Positions 22,901 through 31,617 of a DNA stretch of 39,952 bases are shown here, piece after piece. The stretch lies in the NCBI GenBank assembly GCA_000388065.2, contig KB932202.1; one strand, given 5' to 3'. The first letter of the stretch is position 1. Every line of letters starts with the position of its first letter. Position numbers and translations under genes: made by a program. The notes below the pieces were generated by a model, which saw only the letters and a program-made list of their open reading frames with translations, did not search any database and had not been told where the DNA came from. The stretch comes from Fonticula alba ATCC 38817 (lineage: Eukaryota > Protista > Nucleariida).

Positions 22901-24321
22901 CCCATCGCCCTGATGGTGTCCCAGCTCCGGGCTCATCCGCAATTGTGCCACGCCTATCTTCATGGGCTCTTCCTGATCGATGTGCACATTGCTTCGGAAT
23001 TCCACCCGCTGCAGGTATGTGCCCCTATACCTTCCTGCTGCCTTGGCTCCGCGACCCGCCCTTGCCAAGGCTTTGCAGCGCAATGGCTCCTCGTCGTCCT
23101 CTTACCCCCCCTCTCCCTCTCTCCCCCTCTCTCTCTCTCTCTCTCCCTCGTCGTCCTCCTCCCCTCGCCCGGGCAACAACACCAAACAGGTTGATTACTA
23201 CTCCTCCTTCGATCCGCCCCGGCTCTTGCCCTTCCTCCGCCAGAGCACCTACTACTCGCTGGAGGACTCGCTTCGCCTGTGCCAGGAGCGTGGCCTCGTG
23301 CCGGAGACGGTCTTCCTGCTCAGTCGCATGGGCAACTTGAAGGGCGCGCTGCAGCTGATCCTGGAGCGCATCCGGGATGTCCGCCAGGCCATCGACTTCG
23401 CCAAGGAGCAGAAGGACGACGACCTGTGGGACTACCTGATTTCGCACTCGCTCGACAAGCCCAGCTACATCGTGGGGCTTTTGCAGAATGCCGGCACTCA
23501 CATCGACCCGATCAAGCTGATCGAGCGCATCCCCAAGGGCACGCACATTCCCAACCTCAAAGCCTCGCTCATCAAGACCCTGGAGGACTACCGCTTGCAA
23601 ATGTCCCTCACCGAGGGGTGTCTAGCCATCCTGATCTCCGACTGTGTCACGCTCCTGGAGCGCATGGAGCGCGAGCATCGCAAGGGCATCCTCATCTTCG
23701 GTGCGTGTCTTCTCACCTTGGCCTCGGTTCCCTGCTCTGGGGGGGGGGGGGGGGNNNNNNNNNNNNNNNNNNNNNNNNNNNNNNNNNNNNNNNNNNNNNN
23801 NNNNNNNNNNNNNNNNNNNNNNNNNNNNNNNNNNCCCCCCCCCCTCGCCCCTCCTGCTTGACCGTGCAGACACCACCGAGGACGCGCTCACGATGAAGCC
23901 CATCTTCCGTGAGGTGGCCGCCTTCCTGAGCTCCGGAAGCTCCCTCTCGCAAGGCAGCCCCCCGCGACTGGTGGCCTTCTTCTGCGGCCACACCTTCCTT
24001 TCCACCAGCCTGGACGAGAAGGCGCAGGATGCCTCCGGGATGCCAGCCACACTGGCTGGGCCCGGTGGTGCTGGAGGGGGCCCGCGTCTTGGCGGCCCGC
24101 AGCCGGGTCTGGCCGCGCAGCAGGCCCATGCCGCCGGTGGCCTTGCCAGTGCTGGCCGCGCCCCGGGCGGCGGGTACTTCTGCCCCATCTGCCAGAACGC
24201 CAAGCAGCGCAACAAGCGCCCGCCAACCATGCGCCTCGGCCACATGGCTGGTCAGGCGGCCGCCGGCAACTTCGCCCGCGGCCCTGGGACCCCGACTGCC
24301 GGCCGTGGGCTGTTTGCTTGA
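18717..24321 (+). CDS. VPS41: Vacuolar protein sorting 41 (HOPS subunit): beta-propeller, clathrin heavy-chain repeat, degenerate RING. Frame broken at ~19500 by an assembly artefact.
   Basis: EEEEPKLKYRRLGN, ALGTHWGMIYLLDLEGN, HSATVNDISIDADGEYLASCSDDG, IHAIRWRGDLIAWANDKGV, SPRADLYRCCLHW, QVDYYSSFDPPRLLPFLRQSTYYSLE and LWDYLISHSLDKP follow VPS41 in order; GT-AG introns. Confidence 0.96.
19106..19124 (+). other. Illumina TruSeq adapter fragment (ACGTGTGCTCTTCCGATCT)
   Basis: Exact match to the 3' end of the TruSeq index/Read 2 adapter, sitting between two copies of a ~149-bp segment (18957-19105 and 19122-19270). Confidence 0.95.
19496..19523 (+). other. Illumina adapter read-through (AGATCGGgtGAGCGTCGTGTAGGGAAAG)
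   Basis: 26 of 28 bases match AGATCGGAAGAGCGTCGTGTAGGGAAAG; lies between copies 19311-19495 and 19523-19707. Confidence 0.93.
19852..19975 (+). repeat. Coding (GAY/GAG)n repeat encoding a poly-Asp/Glu tract in VPS41
   Basis: GAC, GAT and GAG runs translate to about 40 consecutive D/E just before PKLKY. Confidence 0.92.
23755..23833. other. Assembly gap within the last VPS41 intron
   Basis: Run of N flanked by poly-G and poly-C. Confidence 1.
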
Positions 24322-24920
24322 GTGCGCCACCGGGCCGCGATCAAGTCGGGGACTGGCTCCTTCCCCCCACCCTTGTCTCGCGCCTTTCTGAATGGTGGGT
24401 GGTTGGCTTGCCCCTCTTTGGTTTCCCGGCTGCCGTACCCCGCCCTTCCCCCTGCGCGGCCTCCTGCGCTGGCGTGCCCTTGTTCGATCCCCCCCCCCCT
24501 TCCCTAGAAAAGACACCTTCACATGAGACTTGTGCCTTTGTGGCTGGCTGGCGGGGCTTTTTCTTTCTCCTTCCTCCAGCCGACCGGCCTCCGGCCTTCC
24601 ATGCGACCAGCCGTCTGAGTTTTTGCGTGGGCTGATGAGGGGGGTACCGAGCAAAAGAGCGAGGAGCACAAACAAGGGCAGTTCTCGCCAAACATTCAGG
24701 AGTCCCTGGTGTGGGGGGTCAATTTTGGGAAATGTATTGGTGGAAAGGAGGGCGAAGGGTGTTGGTCACCCTGCCTCGCTGCGTTTGTGCTCTTTTGCGC
24801 CCTCTCGCTCGCTCTCGGCTCTTTCTCTTGCCTCCAGCGGCGGAGCACAAGCCGCCGCACACGGGCAAGGCCCGGACAGGGAGGCGGAGGAGGAGGAGGA
24901 GCGGGGAGGGGTGCCACGCT

Positions 24921-26295
24921 TTACCGCCAGTGCTCCTCGAACAGGTAGCTGACACTCTCACCATTGTGGATACGGCGAATGGCCTCGGCGAAGATGTAGG
25001 CCACGTCGAATTGGCGGATCTTGTTCCGGCTGGCCTCGATCTTCTCCTTCGGGAGGGGAACACTGGTGCTGACAATCAGCTCATCCAAGTGCGTGGAGGA
25101 GCCGATCAGGGCGGCCGTGTCACCAGCCAGGACGGCGTGCGTGACGAGGGCCACGACACGGGTGGCGCCCTGCCGGCGGAGAACCGTGGCCGCCTGGAGC
25201 AGGGTGGTCCCGGTGTCGACAATGTCGTCAATGATGATCGCCGGGCGCCCGTTGACATCGCCGACGAAAGTCGTGTCATTGACCGGTGATCCCGGTGCCC
25301 GGCGCTCCTTGTGCACGAGGCCGAAGTCCAGGCCAAGGCGCTCGGCGATGACAATGGCGCTGTGCGTTTGCCCGGGTGGCCGGCCAAGGCGAAACCGTAA
25401 GGTGGACGTCAGTGGTGCAGGGTAGACACGAGACCGGATAGAGGGAGAGAGGGAGAGAGGGAGAGAGGGAGGACAGCAGGCGGGATGCAGCGCACCGCTT
25501 GGCACCACCACTGTCCGGCGACACGATTACAGCATTCTCATAGTCCGGGATGCATTGGCGGATGTAGCGCAGCATGAGCGGCTGAGCCAGGAGATTGTCC
25601 ACGGGGATGTCGAAGAACCCCTGGAACTGGGCATCATGCAGGTCCATGGTGATGATGTGGTCCACGCCGGCGGCCGTCAGCATGTTGGCCACCAGGGTGC
25701 CCGGGCGGGCCTGCCACTGTTCCCGGACGCGGCGCGATGTGGGAGCCATCTCCCCGGGGGGAATAGCCCGGCCGCCAACCATCGACCCGCACATCGGGGC
25801 CGTGATCGCCGACACCACCGGGCTGGCGGTGCTGTAAGGGATGTCCGCCTGGCGGGAGTACGGGAAGAAGGGGATGACCGCGACAATGCGACTGCAGATC
25901 GGAAATGGCAAGAGCGGTGGCGGTAGACCGGGAAAGGGAAACCGACGGCGGCGAGTGGCAGGGTGAGTCGCGATCGCTGGGGAGGGAGGGGGGGGGGGCA
26001 GGTGCGGGGAGAACACGGAAGAGGGAGTATGCTGGGGCGCGCACCGGGCACTGGCGATCTTGCAGGCGTGGATGATGATTAGCATGTCGATCAGGTGGTC
26101 GTTAACATTGCCCACACCGCCGGACTGGATGATGAAGACATCCTTGCCGCGGACGTCTTGCTTGATCTCGACCGAGGTTTCGCGGTTGGCGAACTTCATG
26201 AGGCGGACCTCGCCGACAGACACGCCAAGGCGGTCAGCGATCGACTCCGCCAGGAGGGGATGGGACCGACCCGAGAGAATAGCCAGGGCGCGCAT
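24921..26295 (-). CDS. PRS5: Ribose-phosphate pyrophosphokinase (PRPP synthetase), fungal Prs5-like. Exons 26295-26045, 25891-25496, 25359-24921.
   Basis: [111 protein letters not shown]. Both introns are GT-AG with matching phase. PRPS family is certain; the Prs5 subtype is inferred from the loop insertion. Confidence 0.95.
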
Positions 26296-26514
26296 GTTGA
26301 AGCACCAATGAAGGAAGGGGGGATGGTGTGTTGGTTGTGTGGGGTGGGGGGGGGGGGGGGGGAGGAAGGAGGGGGACACGTCTGGCAATACTCAGCAGGG
26401 GCCCTGTGCCACCCCGGGGTGGCGGCCCTTCACACCTATCTCCAGGAGGGGGGCGATCGGGTAAGGTCGGCCACCTGCCCCCCCCCCCCCCCCCCCCTCC
26501 CCCACGTACACCCG

Positions 26515-26721
26515 NNNNNNNNNNNNNNNNNNNNNNNNNNNNNNNNNNNNNNNNNNNNNNNNNNNNNNNNNNNNNNNNNNNNNNNNNNNNNNNNNNNNNN
26601 NNNNNNNNNNNNNNNNNNNNNNNNNNNNNNNNNNNNNNNNNNNNNNNNNNNNNNNNNNNNNNNNNNNNNNNNNNNNNNNNNNNNNNNNNNNNNNNNNNNN
26701 NNNNNNNNNNNNNNNNNNNNN
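26515..26721. other. Assembly gap upstream of the PRS gene
   Basis: Run of N. Confidence 1.
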
Positions 26722-27163
26722 GCACTGCGAAGAGGGGCCCAGGCACGTAACCATGTCCCCCCCCAGCCGCCGCTCGAAGCCCGCGGCGCACACATGTCCC
26801 CCCGTGGGCCGTCCGAGCAAAAGCACCAGAGCAGCCGGAGGGCCAGCACGGCGGGGCGCCCCGACCCCAGAACTGGACGCCAACGGACGGGAGGCGCGGT
26901 AGGTGCCAACGATTGGCGCGGGGCCGGCCTGCCCACCGATCGGTCGGCGTCTGGTTGTGTGTGCGTGCGTGCGTGCCAGCGGCAGGGCGTCCGCCCGCCC
27001 CTCAACCCAGCATCGCCGGGCATTCGCGGGGGTGCATGGACAACATCGTGTATTTGGCGGGCCTCGACGCGGGAGAGGCCCCGGCTGGGGGGCCGAGGCG
27101 CGTGATCGCACGGGAGGAAGGTCGGCGACTGTCCGCCTGAGCGTCCCCCCCCCCCCCCCGTCA

Positions 27164-29040
27164 TCAGAGCTGCTCGATCAGACGGGGGAAGAGCTGCTTG
27201 CGCGAGAGCTTGATGTTTCCCTGGTTCATGGCCACCACCAGGGCACCGGGCTCGGAGGCACCCATCGGCAAGTCAACCGAGCTCATCTGGAAGCTCGGGT
27301 CCTGGTCGAGAGTCAGAGCGTCGACCGCTCGAGCCAGGGTGTCGGCGGAGGGCGAATAGAGAACGAGGCCCCTGGAGGGAGGGGGCGAAGGGAGAGCGCG
27401 GTGCAGGGGAGAGGAAAGGAGCAGGGATCGCGTTGGGAGGCTGTGCGTCAGCAACACATACAACAGGGGGAAGAGGCACGGAAGAGACCCATCCGACGCA
27501 CCGCTGGAAGGTCGGCTCCGGGAAGTAGGTCATAACACCAAGCAGATCCAGCCCATGGGAGGTGGCAAAGTCCACCAGGGTCTGAGCGAACGCCCCCTCG
27601 GAGTCGGGGGAGGCCAGGCGCGAAAGGAAGTCCCCGAGAGGCAGGCCGACAGCCGCCACGCCCAGAGTCAGCCCGCCGGCCGAGACCACCTGCTTGTAGT
27701 CCTAGGATGAGATGGCGCCAGTTAGAGAGGCGGGGAGGTATGCGAAAGACTACGAGGGGGGAGGAGAGAGAGGATATGCTGCGGGTCATCCAGAAGAGAT
27801 GAGGGCCATTGTTTGCCAGATAAACCTTCTCCTTGGCTCTCACCATGGAGAGGAGGGGGTGGAGGCCGGAGAGAGAGGGGGAGAGAGGGGGAGAGAGGGG
27901 AGAGAGGGGGAGAGAGGGGGAGAGAGAAGGAAGGAGAGAGAGAAGGAAGGAGAGAGAGAGAAGGAGGGAGAGAGAAGGAGGCAGAGAGAGAGGAAAGGAG
28001 GGAAAAAAGGAGAAACAGAAAAGGGAGGGAGAAGATGGGCGAGAAAGCAGGATGGCAAGACACACTTTGCGGAGGAGATCCATCACACTCAGAGCCGAGA
28101 TGTCCAACTTGGCGGCCTGCGCCTGGTCGAAAAGCGACCGGAAGAGATTCTGGATGGTCGGTTGGACGGTCGATTGAGCCAGCAAGAGACCAGTGGCCTC
28201 CGGGCTCCGGAGCAGAAGATCGCCCAGATCCCGAGCGGCCGACACATCACGCTCGGTGGCCCGGTCCAGCGCCGGGTCCAGGTTGCCCGTGTCCACGAGG
28301 ATGGCCGACAGGAGGGACACGCAGAGAGCCGGATCGAGCCAGGCCCGGGAGATTTCCCCAGGGACCAGGGTATGCGGCGAGCGGCCGAGGAAACGCTCAG
28401 CCACCAGCGTGGCACAGGAGCCGATGGTCAGGATCTCGCGCACGGCGGCCGTCGGGAAGGCGCCCCCATCGGCGCGATGGTCCAGCACCGAGCGAACCTT
28501 CCCCTGGAAGAGGTCCGCCTGCTGGGCGGCCGGCTGGTTGTGATCCACCAGATGCACGGCGGCGATGGTGGTCCAGTCGACCTGGTCCTGGCAGGCCAGC
28601 GTCTCGAAGGAGGCCTTGGTGCCCGCGCTGTCAGCCCCCTCGGCGGCCGCCAGCCCGAGGAAAGACCCCAGCAGCCAGGTAACTTCGGTGCGCAGGGCAA
28701 GGTCCTGCCGGCAGACATTCAACACCGGCAGGGCCGGCCGGTCGTCGGCGGTGCCCAGGTGCAGGGCGCTCTGATGCAGGTAGTATGCATAGGACATGGC
28801 CGACACGGCCGAGTCCAGATCCGCCGACTCATTGCCAACGACCACGGTGGCCGGCTGGAAGACCGGCCACCCGACCGGGTGGGCTGTGGCGTTGGCCGCG
28901 GTTGGGAGGACCGTCGCCGAGGCTGCCGCCGGGGCCACCGCCACCGGGGGACGAGTGTTGGCGGTGGCCGTTTGACGCAGGAAAGCGCAGAAAGGAAAGC
29001 CCGAGAGGGGGGTCCGACCGACAGTCGACGGAGCGGCCAT
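27164..29040 (-). CDS. PPX1: Exopolyphosphatase PPX1 / Prune (DHH-DHHA2 family), about 3 exons
   Basis: GNESADLDSAVSA, LVDHN, VLDHR, GSCATLVAE, AILVDTGNL, then spliced DLLRK|DYKQ and C-terminal LSRKQLFP, all characteristic of Ppx1/Prune. Confidence 0.93.
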
Positions 29041-29438
29041 GGCGGTGAAGAGCGTGAGGGGGGGGGGGGGGGGGGGGGATCAACCCTGCAAGAAAGACCG
29101 GGGCAAAGGGGAGGGGGGGCGGGTATCTCATTGGGAAACTGCTCCCCCGGAAGGCTCGCTGGGCCGGCATGCCCTCCGAGAAAGGGGTCCTCGGGGCCCT
29201 CGCTCCGATCGGCTCGCGGGGCCGGGGAGCTGATCCCGCGAGCCGGAGACAGGAAAGCGCGCACCGGGAGCCGCCCTTGAACGGAGGACGATCTCCCGAG
29301 CAGCCCCGCACACATACACACGCCACAGGGCGCTCAGGCCGGGAGTGCGGATATGTGGGGAAAATAACGCAAATCTGGGGGAAATGTAGAAGGGCATGAT
29401 CATGGCACGTGATTCAACGGGTGCAGTTGTATTGCGGT

Positions 29439-31088
29439 TCAAGTGGCCTTCGCGCCGGCGGACGAGGCGATGGCGGCCCCGGTGGCGGCGATCGTGCCGG
29501 CCGCCTCGGAGATGGCCGCGTCCAGCTTCTTCAGCAGCGACGCCTGCGTGTGCAGTTTGACCAGGAGCTGCTGCTGCTCGGACCGCAGGTCTGGAGGGAA
29601 AGCGAGGCGGGGCAGGACAAGCAGCCCGGGAGAGATCAGCACGGGGCAGAGGGGGCGGGGGCGGGGGCGGGGGCGGGGGGGGAGGCGCAGGCGAATGATG
29701 GCATTGGCGCAGGAGGGGAGGGGAGGAGTGTGTAGGCGCACCGTCCACGGTGTTGGAGATGCCGGCAGCCTGGTGGTGTAGTCCGGCCAGCTGCTGCATG
29801 CGCTGGACCACGATTGGCAGGGTTTCGGCCACCTGGTCCCACTTGGTGACGGCCTCGTAGCAGCGAGCCAGGCGCAGTGAGAACGCCGCCTCGTCGTCCA
29901 AACTATCGGGGCTAGTGATGCCGGCCGCGGCCTCCAGCTCCGGGAGGATGGTCTCACGGGCCCGAGTCACCAAGCCGGAAAGGCGGTCCGTATCCAGGGC
30001 ATTGAGCGACTGCTCCAGTTGGCCAAGGCGCTTGGCATGGTTCTGTGGCCAGGAGGGGGGGGGGGGGGGGAAGGTGGTGAGAACGGGTCAGCGGCGCTTA
30101 AGAGTGCGGGCCGGGGTCGGGGAGGCATGGGCCCGGGCATGCTGGCACGAGAAAGGGCAGCAGGAGGGGGAGTGGCGAAAGGGAAGGGAGCGAGAGGAAG
30201 AAACCGCGCGTACCGCGGCCTGAGCTTTGGGCGTCAGGAAGCCCGCCTGCTTCAGAGCCTGCTCCAGGGCGTGGATGCGGCTCTCAATGGCGCGCTGCTG
30301 CTCGACGCTTCGGCTGAGGAGCTCCTTCAGCTGCAGTGGGTCCTCCTGTTTCGCACGTCAGGGCAAGTGAGAAGAAGTCAACAAAGAGGCAGAGGCAGAG
30401 AGAGAGAGAGAGAGGAAGGGAGGGAGGGAGGGAGGGGGGAGGGGGCAAACAACGCCGGGAAGGCGGGGCGACATTTCGCCGCCCAGCGAGAAGGGGGCGA
30501 TGCACGTGTGTCGGAGAAACGCACGCAAACCGGGAAGGCGGCACTGGCAATGGTGGACAGCTCGGCCGAAGCGCCAGACCCGGCGCGCAGGGCCTCCGCC
30601 TGGGCCTGGGTCGCTCCGGCGAAGTGGCCTCGGCCGGCAGAACCCTGAGCCGCGCCCAGCTGCTGGATTTGCCGCGAAAGGGCTCGGGCCTGAGCCACAA
30701 GGTCCCCAGTGGCGCCGGGGTCCGGGCGCGTGTCGGACCCGGCGTCCGAGGCGTCCATCTCGGCCACCAACTCGGCCACCTCGCGCTGGAGGCGACTCAG
30801 TCGGGCCTGGCGCGACTCGGTCTGGATGTCCACCACGGCCGTGGTGAGGGCCGAGAGGCGGTTGTGCGATTGCTCGAAGAGCCGGACCGCCTCCTGGCGC
30901 TCCAGGGCCGTGGGAACCACCAGCTCCAAATGCACGTCTCCGCTGACCCGAGTGAAGGAAGCGTCCGCCGGCCGGGCGGGATAGTTCATTTGCGTCGGCG
31001 AGGCCGGCGGAGTGGGCGACTCGAAGATCTCCAACGCCAGGGTGGAGATCATCGGTGCACTCGACAGGGGAATCGAGGGGGCGGACAT
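29439..31088 (-). CDS. DCTN2: Dynactin subunit 2 (dynamitin/p50), multi-exon
   Basis: N-terminal EIFES (cf. DVYET), ESRQARLSRLQREVAELVAEM (cf. ETPQQKYQRLLHEVQEL) and LARCYEAVTKWDQVAETLPIVVQRMQQLAGLHHQAA (cf. [32 protein letters not shown]). Confidence 0.85.
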
Positions 31089-31147
31089 GGCGACCGCGGA
31101 GGTAGAGAGGCTGGGGATGGGAAAGCGGCGGCCGGGGGGGGGGGGGG

Positions 31148-31475
31148 NNNNNNNNNNNNNNNNNNNNNNNNNNNNNNNNNNNNNNNNNNNNNNNNNNNNN
31201 NNNNNNNNNNNNNNNNNNNNNNNNNNNNNNNNNNNNNNNNNNNNNNNNNNNNNNNNNNNNNNNNNNNNNNNNNNNNNNNNNNNNNNNNNNNNNNNNNNNN
31301 NNNNNNNNNNNNNNNNNNNNNNNNNNNNNNNNNNNNNNNNNNNNNNNNNNNNNNNNNNNNNNNNNNNNNNNNNNNNNNNNNNNNNNNNNNNNNNNNNNNN
31401 NNNNNNNNNNNNNNNNNNNNNNNNNNNNNNNNNNNNNNNNNNNNNNNNNNNNNNNNNNNNNNNNNNNNNNNNNNN
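31148..31475. other. Assembly gap between the orphan gene and DCTN2
   Basis: Run of N. Confidence 1.
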
Positions 31476-31617
31476 AAAGGAGGAGGCCGCGTCCGGTACA
31501 GGAGGGGGGGGGAGAGAGGGGGAAGGAGGGAGGGAGGAGATGACACAAGGGGCGAGAACACGCGCGGCGTGCATGCTCAGGAGGAGGAGGAGCTGCTTAC
31601 ACGCGCGGCGTGCATGC

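Noticed and set aside
25896-25904. AGATCGGAA as a fifth adapter remnant
   Set aside because: Only 9 bases match, no flanking duplication, and it overlaps a functional splice acceptor.
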